Program-made: the position numbers and the translations under genes
Origin: Nemertoderma westbladi
Lineage: Eukaryota; Animalia; Xenacoelomorpha
DNA length: 64,000 nt
Assembly (NCBI GenBank): GCA_032718475.1
Contig: JAUCBJ010005021.1
Coordinates: 1 to 64,000, forward strand
Reading direction: 5' to 3'
Shown here: piece by piece, positions 38,600 through 51,911 of the stretch
Numbering within the stretch: the first letter of the stretch is position 1
Layout: every line of letters starts with the position of its first letter
The notes under the pieces: generated by a model
Seen by the model: only the letters and a program-made list of their open reading frames with translations
Databases searched by the model: none
What the model was told of the DNA's origin: nothing

Positions 38600-38972
38600 A
38601 TACCGGTATTTACGATAGGCTTATTATATTTATTTCTATAAATTTAGGCTGAAATTATACCGGTATTCTGTAATTAATTCTAGTCCATAATTATACTTAT
38701 ATATACTATAAGTGTAAGCTGTATACCGGTATTCACGATAGGCCTATTCTATATTTATATATTTGTGCTGAAATTATAGACCGGTATTCTGTGACAAACC
38801 TGTCTGTAATAATTATACTTATATATACTATAAGTGTAAGCTGTATACTGGTATTCACGATAGGCCTATTCTATATTTATATATTTGTGCTGAAATTATA
38901 TACCGGTATTCTGTGACAAACCTAGTCTGTAATAATACTTATATATATACTATAAGTATATACCGGTATTCT
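38600..38972 (+). repeat. ~120-bp tandem repeats (about 3 copies) rich in ATACCGGTAT palindromes
   Basis: gctgaaattata recurs at about 38648, 38767 and 38889, with several (T)ACCGGT(A) palindromes. Confidence 0.85.
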
Positions 38973-39105
38973 AATATATTGTATATATATCACGTTACAT
39001 AGAGTAACGATATCGGTAATTAATTACTAGGCTAACGGTGATACTGAATTACTAGACTTGCTTTAACTGTAATATAGCAGTAGGCATTCAACTGTACAAA
39101 CAAAC

Positions 39106-42100
39106 ATGTCTGACACAAAGCAAAACCTGTCAGACAGTCTCCAAGATACAACCATCTGTGACCCGTACAGGAGTGTGGAATGTGTGAGACCGAAGTTCAA
39201 CTCACCTCCTACTGTAAGAAAGATCATCCCTCCAGTAGTAGTATCAGACCCTAGGCTAGTCCAACACCGTAGGTCTATCATAGGCACTCGAGCTCGGGTC
39301 AAGCGGGACCAAGAGGCAGCTGTTGAACAGCAGCAACACTCGAGCCGAGAACTTATTTCTCAGCGGCCCGACAGCTCCAGTAGTACGGATACTGTAGAGC
39401 TCACACCCGAGCGCGGAGCAAAGATGGCAGATGCGGTTTATTCGGATCCCCTTCTCATCCTTCCTGCAGCCGTACTCACTAGGGTATTGATTGCGGTGGA
39501 GGAACACCAGATTGATTGGGCGAGAAGTAAGCGATCGACCAAGGATAGTTATGCGGGATACACAAGGGAAGAATTGAAGTCTATTGTCGAGTCGCAATGG
39601 AACTTCCCCGGACCCGGACTCCCGTTTGACTTATCGGAAGCTGCCTGGGAAGACATACACAGGATGGGAGTGACAAAAGAAACCAGCTATCCAGCTGTGT
39701 GGAAGAGGTCAGCAGCAGGATACGTACAGGGATTCTTCAGCTCTATGGAGCGATTAGAGGAACAACTGTTTCGACAACCCTAAGGACCTCAAGAGCAGGG
39801 AGAGCTGCTTTATCAAGTTAGAGAAAGAATTCTAAGAATCAGACTAATCCTATCGGCCTTTGAGGAAGCTTCGAAAAGAAGACAAGACACGTCGTTGCAA
39901 GTTGCTGTAAAGACTTGGTTCCAGCGGGTGAGTCTCCAGGTTCAAGGAACGGCCCAGTGGACAGCTCGGCTGGCTGAGCGCTCAACCCATGGAGAATCAA
40001 CAGACGCTACTTTTTCCCAAGTGGAAAGTGAAGCGACAGCTGAGAAACCGCATAAGAGGGATGCTATTGACATCTATCTGTCAGACTATCAACGATTTCT
40101 AGGTGACGAAGAGTTGAGGAGACGGTTGTCTGGACTTCGCCCTAATAGTGAAGGAACCAAGCTGGTGTTGGACGCAATAGATGTGGAAATGTTAGCTGCG
40201 AACCAAGCTAAATTTGATGAACGCCTCCGCATCGCTAGAGTCCAAGTAGAACAAGTAAAGAAAAAACGTATAGAAGACAGAAAGATAGCAGCAGAGGCAG
40301 CAGCAGAGGCAGAAGCGGAAAGAAAGGCGGTAGAAGTGGAAAGAAAATTAGCAGTGGCAGAAGCAGAACGAAGAGCGTCTGAAGAGACCACCCAACTAGA
40401 GTTGGAAAATATCCAAGAGAATCAATACTGCATAAATAAACAGTTGACAGCTAGTCAAATGCAGATGATGAGTCGATCTACTCCCAAAAGACAGGGATAT
40501 ACATCATCTGATGAAGGCGATACCACCGATCCTGAAGGCGGAGGAAATAGATCTCGTCTAAGCAGACGTAGAAGAATGTCCCATCATCAGAAATTGCCTG
40601 ATTTGCCCCCAGCTGTTAGAAGGCAACTAACTAACACAGACTTAGGTAGTACAGAACCCACAGACCAAATAATTAAAATAGAAAGACTCCCTACTATAGT
40701 AGATGAGCCTGAAATAATTAGGCCTGTTCTTGAAACCACCCCTTCGGTGATAGAGACACCTGTGCTCCCAGAAACTACCTCTAAATTCCCTTTGCACAGC
40801 ACTAAACTACCTGTGCACCACAAAACAACCCCTGAGACAGTTCCTGTCCTGGACTCCGAGCGAAATATCAATGATTTGTCGCCCGTTGTCCCTCGTCTAC
40901 CCGCTACTACGTTGGCGGCTCCCGCTTCGGCGGTCGAGTGGGTGGATGAGGGGCGGCGGGGGATGAATCTCCTGCTCGGGCAGATGCAGGAGACTGTTCG
41001 TCAGTTTAAAGGAACAGTAAGGGAAAGAGGTTAGAGTTGCAAGAAGTGCAGCAAAGTATTGCGTTAGAACGCGATAAATTAGTAAATACACAAAGGGGTA
41101 TACCACCACCCCCTGTAACAATGTGTCAACCTGTTAGGTCTGAAGTATTTCATGCGCAATGTGTGGAGCCTACACGCATCTATACTGCTAGTGAAGTGGA
41201 AACTCCTATAGTAAACCCTATTAAGGGTAATTATAAACCTGTTGACAATGATATTCCATATAGACTTGATAATAATCTGAGAAATTTATATACCGATAAC
41301 TCGATATTAAATAACACGATGGCCCAAGAAAGTTTTACGCGTCAAATGGCTAGAACCGAAGCCCGTCAAGCGGTAAAGGTGGGAGAGATCGTCAAGTTCA
41401 ATGGAGATGAGATGAAATGGTTACCTTTTAATGAATATTACAAAGATAACATACAGAACTCTGTGCTATCTAACGGAGAGAAACTTAGATTCCTCATCGA
41501 GTGCTTGGAAGGATCTCCCAAGTTGATGGCGTTAAAGTTTATTGGACATCCAGATGGATTAAGACAAGTTTGGGATACACTAAACATCAGGTATGGTAAT
41601 AGGAATAACATAGCTAGGTATTTATATGCAAAATTGGTAGCCCCCCGAAAGTTCATTAGCAGCGGGATTATAGAGTTTTCCGATGAGATTAAGGAGATCT
41701 GTAGACAATTAGATTGGCTAGGTAAGTCTCATGAATATCAGAGTTCTATGGTTATTGGAGCCGTGGCCTCTACTTTACCTAAGGGTGGAGTAGGTACACG
41801 CTGGGATAAGAAAGTGTTATATATGATGGAACAACAACGACGAGACCCTACCATGGCTGATCTCATGTCATTCTTAGATGGAGAAGTGAAATTACAGCTC
41901 CTAAAGCAGTCCAGAGAGAAGACACTGGAAAACAAGGTAAGTGAGAAACCCGTTTCTAGGAGAAAGGTAACACCAGTGTGTTATACCGACGACGGTGAAA
42001 GCCAGGCTTCTCAAGAAGAAGACAGCGGGAAAGACACTGAAAGATCTTATTATGTCAACAAAACGCCTAAAGACGTAAGTAAATTCAAGTCTCGAACCAA

Positions 42101-45100
42101 TGACAGGAGAGAACAGGTAAGAAAAACTCCTCCTACGTCTCCTAAGAGAATTCAGGTAAGAAAGCCCGAAGAAAGAACGAGTGTGCACAACGTTACTCAA
42201 AATAAGGTAAGTAACATCAAACCGAAATGTGCGCTGTGTGACGGGTCCCACCGTTAGTTGAGGGTCCACGGACCTAAAAGGAGTTATATAGTGAACGCCC
42301 TCCTTGACTCCGGTAGCACAGGAACATTCATCGACAAAGAACTAGCCGAAGACATTTTTGCTGGACAACCCAAGTTCCGAACTAAGTTAAACATGTCAGG
42401 AATTATGCAGGTTTGGAAATCTACAGTAATAGCGGATTATTATGTAGGTGCGTTGTCCACCCCCCAGGATGAACTAGGAGAACACAGCATAAGGTCAGTA
42501 AAAATGGTGGCGATAAAGAACTTCGCTACCAGCCAAGTAGAACCTTATAACTGGGATGAGGACGATTTCACCCAGCGGCTTAATATACCTAGATTCAACA
42601 CAGATTACCCTGGAGTACAAATACTCATCGGCCAAAATGCGCATGAGGCGCTTGAGACATTGGAGAAACAGCCTGCTCAACCGCAACCACTACAAGCCTA
42701 TGTGGGAAGAACTAGAGTGGGTTGGTACTTTACTGGCCCTTCCCGTAGAACTCTCATGGAAAGGTTACCAAAAGAACAGGTATATCAAGTAAGTCAATGG
42801 GAAGTGGAGAGCAGTGAGGTAGACGACCCAACTGAGGGAACACCATACTCCTCAGATAATGACGATATCCACCAACTCTTCGACGAGGAGAATAACATCG
42901 ATCTCCTTACGGAAAACGAGACTTGGAAAAACCAAGTGAACCTATGTCAACTCATTCGTCCATCATGACAAGTCGACTATAACGACGAATTTAATGACGT
43001 AATCGAGCGCTATAATGCGAAGACTCGGGATGAACACGCCGTACGATTCTTTACTCAAGAGGGTGTAGAGCCCAATTCCTACGATAAGGCCCTATCGGTA
43101 GAAGAAGAAAGAGCCAAGCAGATCCAGGAGACAACTACACGTTTTCTTAAAGATCAAGGTAGATATGAAATCGGTCTACCATTCCGAAAGCGAGAACCAA
43201 AATTCATAAACAACCGACCCTTGGCGGAGAAAAGAATTGCTCAACTACATCGACGCCTTACGGCAAATGCTTCAGCTAAAGAAATGTATCAGACTCAGTT
43301 GAAGAAATTTATTAACAAGGGATATGCGGAGCGAGTACAGGAAGAAACACCTATAACTGAGAGAACGTACTATTTAACACATCATTACATTCCATTACAT
43401 TACATTCAGGACATTGCTTTCGCCGTGAGGACCAGCCAGTGCATAATCTTGTACTTTGGCAGCCTCATGGAGTGAATAAGCATGGTGGACAGCCCATGAC
43501 TTTCTTGAGACGCATCTTAAAGGACACTGGCCTTAAAGATGCGGATGATCTAGCAAATGTCATGGGTGATAGGGAGTTGTGGCGGTGCAATTTTGTTGAC
43601 AAGCCGGCACAGCATTCTTAAAAATGCAGCTGCAATGCAGCATGCCGATCCTAGTAGTAGTACATTCCCAAACCCGGTAAACCCCATGAAGTAAGGGTAG
43701 TATTTGACGGCTCCGCCCTCTACATGGGCCAATCCCTTAATTCCGAGTTGTTACCAGGACCCAACTTACTCCAATCCTTGTTGGGAATACTCTTAAGATT
43801 ACGACAATATTCAATCGCTTTCGCCTCCGATATAGAAGGCATGTTCTTACAAGTCAAGGCGCTGGATAGGGATCGAGATAGCCTACGATTTCTGTGGTGG
43901 CCGGAAGGAGACCTCAACCAGAAACCGGTGGAGTATTGGATGACCATCCAGGCTTTTGGGATAATCTCGAGCCCTTCAAACGCCTGCTCAGTGGTGCGCA
44001 CCACTGCTGATGACAACCGGGACGCCTTCTCTAAAGAGGTGATCGACAACATCAAATGGGATATATACATGGACGACAATTTAAAGTCCCTTCCATCAGT
44101 TGAAGAAGCCATTGATGTCGCCAAAGGAACGGTAGAGTGCTTAAAAAGAGGTGGTTTTCGATTAACTAAATTCACCAGCAACTCCCGTGAGTTTCTGGAA
44201 TCGATCCCGGTAGAAGATCGAGGAGCGAAAGATCTAGACCTAATCAAAGACGATCTTCCAGAAACCAAGACACTTGGTTTGAAATGGGACACAGAGAGAG
44301 ATATCCTGTTTTTCCAGCTAAAACAGTGAGATAATCCAGTTCGAACTAAACGGATTTGTTTAAGTATCCTGAGCACTTATTTCGATCCATTGGGATTTAT
44401 TAGCCCAGTTATATTGATTGCTCGGAGTTTAGTACAACAAATGTGGCTTGAAAACCACTCATGGGATGATCCACTTAAGGGAGAATTATTAAAGAAGTGG
44501 ATGAAATGGGAAGATTCTCTACTAGCCATCGAGAACTTTATAATTTCCCGCTCATATTTTGGTCATGTTCTCCCTACGTATTCATATCAACTCCATGTGT
44601 TTGGAGTCGCCAGCGATATGGGAATAGGTATAGTAGCCTACCTGAGAGTGGAAACTCCGGATGGAATTAAAGTCGCCTTGGTTACCTCTAAGGCATTGAT
44701 AAACAACAAGATGAAAGTTCCTCGAGCGGAGTTAAAAGCGGCTCTATATGCTACAGCCATCGGCCGAAATGTAACAGAACAGATCGAATATCCACTGGAG
44801 AAAACTGTCTATTGGACCGATGCTTTACTCGTGTTGGAGTATATAACCAATGAAGTCTGTCAGTTCAGCGTCTTCGTTACCAACAGAGTAGCCATTATAC
44901 TTAGTCGTACGAAGATGGATCAATGGAGACATTGCCCCAGAACGATAAATCCAGCAGACATCGCCTCTAGGGGAGCAACTCCACAAGAACTGATAGATAC
45001 TCCAGACTGGTTAGGTGGACCCGACTTCCTAAGCAAAGAAGAGGATGAATGGCCTCCTCATCTTACTACGGCGGAGATTAGACAGGCCAAGGGAGCGGAG

Positions 45101-46951
45101 AAAGTCAAACCTAAAACTCGGGCGAGTAAATCGAAGTTATTTAAACCCGTGGTAGATCTGTCTGTACTACACACTTCCGGAGACGACGCTTTGGATCCGA
45201 AACCCACAGCCACAAATAAGTCTGTTGTGGAAATCAGAGAGAAGGATTGGAAATCTGGAATACCAGACGTCTCGCAAGGACTCTCACCTCTCCTGCAGAG
45301 AGCGATATATCACTACAGTTCCTGGAATCGGCTCTGTAAGGCCGTTACATATTTAAAGCGATGTTTTCATCATCACTACTCCAGGACGAAGACCAATAGT
45401 GATACCGCTCCACTGACATCTGTGCAGGTCCATGTTGTTAAAGATCTTCCCAAATATAAGATATCCGACAGGTTTCTGAAGGAGATGATCAGTTATCAGG
45501 AGCATGAAGAAACCAATAAGCAGATGCTGAGACTCCTGCAATCCTATGAGGATTCCGATAAGTATTTCCTGTTGTTGAGAAATCCACAGATGCGCTTAAG
45601 GGATCGTTTCTCTAGCACTATGATAGATGGGTTGATACGTGTTGGAGGAAGATTAACTAATGCTCCATTATCCTTTGACACTAAATTTCCCATACTCATT
45701 AGAAATCTTGAAATACAAATCAAGATGATTGTAGATGTTCACAGCAAACTTTATCATGCTGGTAGAGAACGAGTTCTTAGCGAAATTCGAACTCGCTATT
45801 ATTTTTATAAACCCCGTAGAGCTCTGAACCAAGTTCTTAGGAACTGCATACCCTGTAGGAAAGCATTCAGTAGGCCTTTAACACAGCGAGAGGCAGAATT
45901 ACCTAGGGAACGAGTAAGCTTCTATGAACCACCCTTTACTAATACCAGTGTTGATTTATTTGGCCCTATTGAGGTATATCGTGCTAGGACTATAGTCAAG
46001 AGATGGTGTGTCATCTTTGTCTGTATGACTTGTAGAGCTATCCATCTCGATATGGTGAACGATTTATCTACCAACAGCTTCCTATTGAGCTTACGACGAC
46101 AGATCGCTCGCTTTGGAACTAGTAACACGATGAGATCTGATAAGGGAACAAACTTCATTGGTGCCAACAATGAAATCAAGGCTTACGTCAAAGATTGGAA
46201 CCAAAGACAGGTGGACGATCAGCTAAGGGTAACAGCGTCTAGCTGGACCTTCAACGCCGCCGACGCCCCTTGGTGGGGAGGAAGTTGGGAGAGATTAATC
46301 AGGAGCGTGAAGACCGCATTTCACTTTATAGTGCCGTGCCGCGCGTATCTCACCGACGAACTTTTGCGGACGTTAATGGAGGAAATCGCCGCCTATCTCA
46401 ACGAGAGACCGCTTATGCCAGTCTCATCGAGTCCCGATTCCCTGGAAGCGCTAACACCCGCGCACTTCCTACTGAAGAAACCTGTAGCCATGCTCCCACG
46501 ATCGGAAATCACCGACGGAGACGAATACTGCCGGCAAACTTGGCAACTTATGCAGTTGTTATCCCGTCGTTTCGCTGACCATTTCGAAAAACATTATCTG
46601 CCCACGCTACAACTTCGAACTAAGTGGTTTGCGCAGCAAGAAAACGTCAGCGCTGGAGACATGGTCCTTATTGTGGATTCAGATCTTCCACGTAAGCGGT
46701 GGCAGACAGGTCGTATCATCGAGACTCACATCTCGGATGATGGTTTGGTGCGATCGGTAGAACTCGTCGTCATGCGACGTAACTTTAAGAAACCGGGAAT
46801 TGTCTTCGAGACACAGCAGCTCAATCGCCCAGTTGGTCGTTTATGTTTACTGGAAAGAGACAGAGAACTCTCCGGAAACTATGGAAGGCAAGATACTCTT
46901 CCCACGACCACCTCCCTAATCCAACAAACATCTAGGGACTCCCCAACGTAA
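39106..46951 (+). pseudogene. gag-pol: BEL gag-pol polyprotein, disrupted
   Basis: Motifs: protease LLDSGS; RT RVVFDGSA, DIEGMFLQV, YMDD; Pao RNase H LHVFG(V)AS, PRAEL, WTD, NPADIASRG; integrase HHCC, VDLFGP, SDKGTNF, APWWGGSWER. Lesions: TAA 39781, 1-bp deletion ~41028, 450-bp deletion creating TAG 42255, TGA 42966, LINE insert, TGA 44327. Confidence 0.95.
43394..43660 (+). mobile_element. 5'-truncated RTE LINE 3' end inserted in the BEL-2 RT
   Basis: GHCFRREDQPVHNLVLWQP...DRELWR, (TAG)3 tail and 8-bp TSD TACATTCC (43386-43393, 43661-43668). Excision restores YYLTHHYIPKPGKPHEVRVVFDGSA. Confidence 0.92.
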
Positions 46952-47494
46952 CAGCGTCTGGAGTGGGTGTGTGACTATATTATTTTATATTTGTTTTTAT
47001 TATTTTATATTTATGTATGTATTATTATGTAATTTTATTATAATCGTTTTCTTTAATTTTATTTAGTAGAATGTTATTTTAGCGATTATTTAGTAGATTA
47101 GTGCAATATATATTCGCGTTTATTACTTAATTACTTATATATTATATATTTAGTGCGACGGCGAGAAATAATTCTTTTTCTCTTTCCTTACTGTCCGTAT
47201 TACATTATAAATACGTGACTACAGTAAGATGAAATATCCGTACTTATTAAAGTACAATAAAGCTCCTACTATATTCAAGTATTATTGGTAAGTAGAGTAT
47301 TAGGAATGCAAAATTCAGATCCTCGTGTCTCGGCTAAACCAAGCTCTGGGTAGACCTTGGAAACGACTTGCCTCTTCTCACTGACATTGCTTCTTGCGAT
47401 ATTGCTCTCATACCGTATATTAAATAATACATATAGTAGCGTGATGTCCCTTTAACAGTAGCGTAAAACGCAAAATAAATCTGTTAAACCCTTT

Positions 47495-47828
47495 GACCAT
47501 CTGTAATTCTAGTCGATTAAGATATCGCGGCACCCACCGATATACTTAAAAGACAAAATTCTAGAATCAGTGGTTAACGTCCCCAGACATGTTCTGGAAT
47601 AAACCGGTGCCCATCTTAAATATTAACTATTAATATTTATAAAATCTGTCAAACAGATACAATAGAGTAACTACTTACAAGTTAACTCTAGAAAATCTAT
47701 AAATTAAAATCTGTCAAAATTTAGATCCTTTAAAATTCTAGTCAATTAAGATATCGTAGCACTTACCGATACTCTTAAAAGGACAAATTTCCTAGAATCA
47801 AGGATCCCAGTCCCCAGATATGTTCTGG
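47495..47828 (+). promoter_or_regulatory. Duplicated long hairpin module in the post-pol region of BEL-2
   Basis: Copies at 47495-47597 and 47723-47828 correspond to 4694-4795 and 4869-4976. Confidence 0.6.
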
Positions 47829-48657
47829 AATAAAATTGTGTCTATTTTAATATTAAATAATAAAATTTACGGGAATAAATTTAAATTCATATCTTTTAAT
47901 GAATTTGATAAATTGTCATTTTTATGCAATTTATAACATTCCCAAAATTCCATTAATTAATAGATCATGGGAGCGGAGATTCACCCTATTAAGTATATTA
48001 GTGTGCGAGAATCTCCAATATATAGTCAATAGCCGATAAAATTCATAAAATCATGTATAAAGAGGAATATTGACAATTAAAGAATTACTATTAAATAGCA
48101 TCCCAGATCTGTATGCATGAGAATTACCCTAATTCTACTGCTAGCTTTCCATAATGTCACCATGGCAACAACCACGCTAGAATTAGAAGTGAGTTAAAAG
48201 AACAATAAAGGCTTGCCCCATTGAATAGCATAAGGAATAAAATAGCACACTGCTAGTATCCCAGGATACCCAATAATAACGTGGCATTCTGGAAGGCACT
48301 TGACTAACGGACAAATGGCCCGAATGTGTGCGGTTTGTGACAGTTGTGTGGAATTTGTGCGTTTATAGGTGAATGTTACTACTAAAGTGTGTTTACAGTA
48401 GCGAGTCGCAATTGTGAAAGTAGCCCTAACTCTCCAGTAAGAACCTGAAGTAAATCTAAGCCTTTGGGACGGACGGTGGAGTGACTCGCGCTGGTTGTTG
48501 TGGTCGTTGTGCAGCTACTACGTTGGCGATAGGCACATCGGCGAAAGTACACCAGCGCTGAGGATCTTGCGCTGTCCGGGGGCCGAGAGGGGTAGGCAGC
48601 GACGCCCGCTAGCCTAATTATAACTAATTATAATATTGATAAACTCATATAGCAGCT

Positions 48658-50069
48658 ATGACTGAGTTGATAGAAGATGATCTTGGTATCAGGGAGAAAT
48701 ATACTCTACCGTTGCAAGCGTTTGTTGATAGCTTGATACGCAGCGACGCTAGTCCAACTACTACGGAGGACGATGGTCGTTATATCGAACCGCCGATGTC
48801 CCAGGAGCAACTTACGCGTGAATTGGACTATCGAAAATTCACTGCTCGCTATACGCATCGTAATGGTACGCATATGGACTTCTTAACTACTGGTCATCCT
48901 ATCGATTTACACGATACGGACGATGTCGACACCGAAAGGGAAATGGTACTATTTAAATATCCTACCCAGCGGAGTCGGAACGATAAACTGAAAATCGAAT
49001 GCGAAAATTCTATTCGAAATCGACTCGAAAGAGAAGACGTTAAAGAACCGGATAAACGCGGTAACTCCAACGTATATTTGGAATTCTTGAGAGAAACATT
49101 GTAAAACCGAATAAATATCACCCGCGTTTCCCCTACAAGACGTGCGTCTTTGGTATTATTGCGATGAATGCCCAAGACCCAACCAACAAACGGAAAGACA
49201 TAAACATCCGCGGAGACGTTGCTTTAAACACGGTTTTACTCGCTATATTTACGGGAGTTTCGAGCGAAACTTGTTCGATGTATCACCTACGCTCGCTCGA
49301 TTCAAACGATCCTTAAATAAACCTATGATCAGAGTTCCGGAATACTCGGTCAGACCTCCTCATTCCCTAGTTAGACCTCAGACTCTTGATCCTAATAGTA
49401 TCACGGATCCTCCCGAACTGTACTCACTGTTCAAAGATCTAGTGTTACCCGAACAGTTAGTCGGTGGCACTCCGGTTGTGGGCTCCCTAAATATTCGCCC
49501 ATCTTACCTAGCCGGATTGGGACGCGGACATCTAATATCGCCATTCAACCGTATCATCGTCCCGGTTTAACCCGATACAACCTGTCACCGAGGCGGAGGA
49601 GAGAGTTGTACGAAACGCGTTGGACACTATTCGTCAAAAGATCGGAAAAGGAACCTATAATTGTTTAGAGAAACGTAAATTGCAGCAGCAAGTCCAAGCG
49701 GTAAACGAATTAGCTTTATCTCAGTTCGATCAGGAAATCCAGAATCTCTAAGAAGATATCGAACTTGGACGACCCTATTCTCTGCAAGAGTTTTTGGACG
49801 AACGCATCCAACGATAAGCGGAGGAAAATCAGCTCGAGGAGAAGCATATCGAAATGGACGAGACATCGACCATAACCCTAAACCTTCCGATGCAATTGTA
49901 TTGCACCCTTTACCCAGGAGTTATAGCCCTCCTAGTAAAGTGGCTCGCCCCAAAGAGAAAAGGACTCTTGCTAGCCTCAAAAAACTGCGTAAACGCCGTC
50001 CGCGCAAGAAAGACTAACTGTTTAGAGTATTTTTATATTTTAGAAACTGTGATTTTGTATATTTTATAG
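48658..50069 (+). pseudogene. Degenerate accessory ORF downstream of pol (BEL-2 copy), unknown product
   Basis: ATG conserved in both elements. Pieces 48658-49104 and 49142-49570, plus a helical-looking frame from about 49567 to 50069. Confidence 0.55.
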
Positions 50070-50095
50070 ACTCAAATCCCATTTTCTGGGAGCGG

Positions 50096-51241
50096 TGTAA
50101 AAGCTTTTGCGGATGTAACAAGCTATTTTTCTCCGCAATATACCGAGTAGGTATTTTAGCGGACATAACAAGCGATTTTGCCCGCTATGTCTGCATGTGT
50201 GCTTTAGCGGACATAAAAAGCCATTTTTCTCCGCAATAAGCTCAAATACTCTAAACATCGGAACTCAGATGACGACATCTATCAGCTGTGTCCACGTGTA
50301 ACTCTTTCTTTGTTCTTTGTTCGTTCTTTGTTCGGTCGACCAATCAGAGCGGTTTTCGACTCTGTGTTGGACATTGTATACAGAAACTCACGCAATTCAG
50401 TCAGTGTGTATTTTTCCTGATGCCAGAACACCGGCTTTGGAATTTCTGTGTTTCAGGCTTTAGCCAAACATTAGTAGGCTTTGATCATAGAAACGTATAA
50501 CTGTTATCCAAACCACAAACCAAACTGGCAAATCAGCCTGTCATATCTCATCCAAACACCGCATTATTTTACTGCTATTTACTGTCGGTTATTAATTGTA
50601 TCAGTTGATGGAATATTGTTATATTTGGATAATATCGATAAATAATCAGAAAACCCCAATCTTCTTGATATACTGAAGGTTAGAGAGACCGGTTACATAT
50701 AACAATTGCGACTTACATTAAAGTGGTTTTGGAGTGAATCTAATGCTATTTCATAGGCACTACATGTGTCGGTTGCTGTTCTCTTTATATGTGACTAAAA
50801 TTAGTGAAGGTCGGCAGATCGGTGTGCAGTATTATGCGGTAGTGTGCATGAGTGTGATAGATAACAAAGCATCTCCTAAAGAATGCGCTTTATACGTGAA
50901 TCAATAGCCATCCTGTTGTGCTTAGTGTAAGTCATAACTCTGTTTACATACTTAGAGCGCCACGTCCTAAAGGAACTGTTGATATTTCCCGAAAGTGAAT
51001 AATATTTGTCAGAGATTATATATTAACGATCAATCGAATAATACAGTAGGCCTACACCGCAATAAGGTCAGAGCTTCCGAATCCAGTCTCCCGGGTATAT
51101 CCAGCGGGTGAATGGTCGCGCATAGGCTGGCTTCGGCTAATGTAGTGTATCCAATACTCGTCATAGGCTAAAGTCGATTTATAACCTAGAAGACACCTAA
51201 ATTTGGCAGGTTAAACTGCTAAAGGTCTGAAAGCGCGAACA
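50096..51241 (+). repeat. 3' LTR of BEL-2 (1146 bp)
   Basis: Follows PPT GGGAGCGG, ends GAACA and is followed by TSD CAGAT. Confidence 0.97.
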
Positions 51242-51303
51242 CAGATTCAGCCAATGTTATTGGGTTTTTTCTGGTTTTGCTCATCTTGGCTATATTAAAT
51301 TAA

Positions 51304-51805
51304 TAAATTATTACTGCTATAGTATCAGGTGCATTTAGGTGGCCATTATAATTCCTCTAATAATGATAACATTGATGGATTAGGTCATGTATGTTACTGT
51401 ATACTGCGTCTGAGTTCGATAATACAGTATGTTATAAAAATATCGTAAAACTCAAATTTAAACCCTCAACATTGTTACATTCATTATTGTCAACATTAGT
51501 AACATTAAACTTTGGAATACGTCATTGAGATACATTATGAATAATGTACGTCAGCAAATGTAATTTGATTAAAAGGAAATATGCGACCACGTCACAGCCC
51601 TCAGAGATTTTCCAATAATTGATAAATTCCAAGATCTCACAACTACTGCAGCACACAGGCACCCCCCCCCCCCCCCCCCCCCCCACCCACACAATAATAT
51701 TAACATTGGTAAATAATATACATAAATTCATAAATTACTGCTATAATATCAGGTGCATTTAGGTGGCCATTATAATTCCTCTAATGATGATAACATTGAT
51801 GGATT
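51304..51805 (+). repeat. ~75-bp direct repeat pair (about 51304-51381 and 51731-51805)
   Basis: ttactgctata.tatcaggtgcatttaggtggccattataattcctctaat..gataacattgatggatt occurs twice. Confidence 0.8.
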
Positions 51806-51911
51806 GGCACGTATACAACTTTTGATATCGATAATCTGTTATTAAAATATCTTAAAACTAGAGTTGGATCCCTGTGGACTTTGGAATACGAAGTAGAATA
51901 ATCTGAACATT

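Larger units (their letters stand above)
35618..51241 (+). mobile_element. Complete 15.6-kb BEL/Pao LTR retrotransposon (BEL-2)
   Basis: Paired LTRs TG...CA, 5-bp TSD CAGAT (35613-35617, 51242-51246), PPT 50088-50095 and gag-PR-RT-RH-IN order. Confidence 0.97.

Noticed and set aside
41020-41040. Programmed ribosomal frameshift in gag
   Set aside because: It is a 1-bp deletion relative to BEL-1 (agtagg vs agagg), with no slippery heptamer.
42255-42257. Programmed gag/pol stop-codon readthrough at an in-frame TAG
   Set aside because: The TAG is created by the junction of a 450-bp deletion relative to BEL-1.
48658-50069. env gene
   Set aside because: No signal peptide, furin/fusion arrangement or convincing transmembrane anchor is visible.
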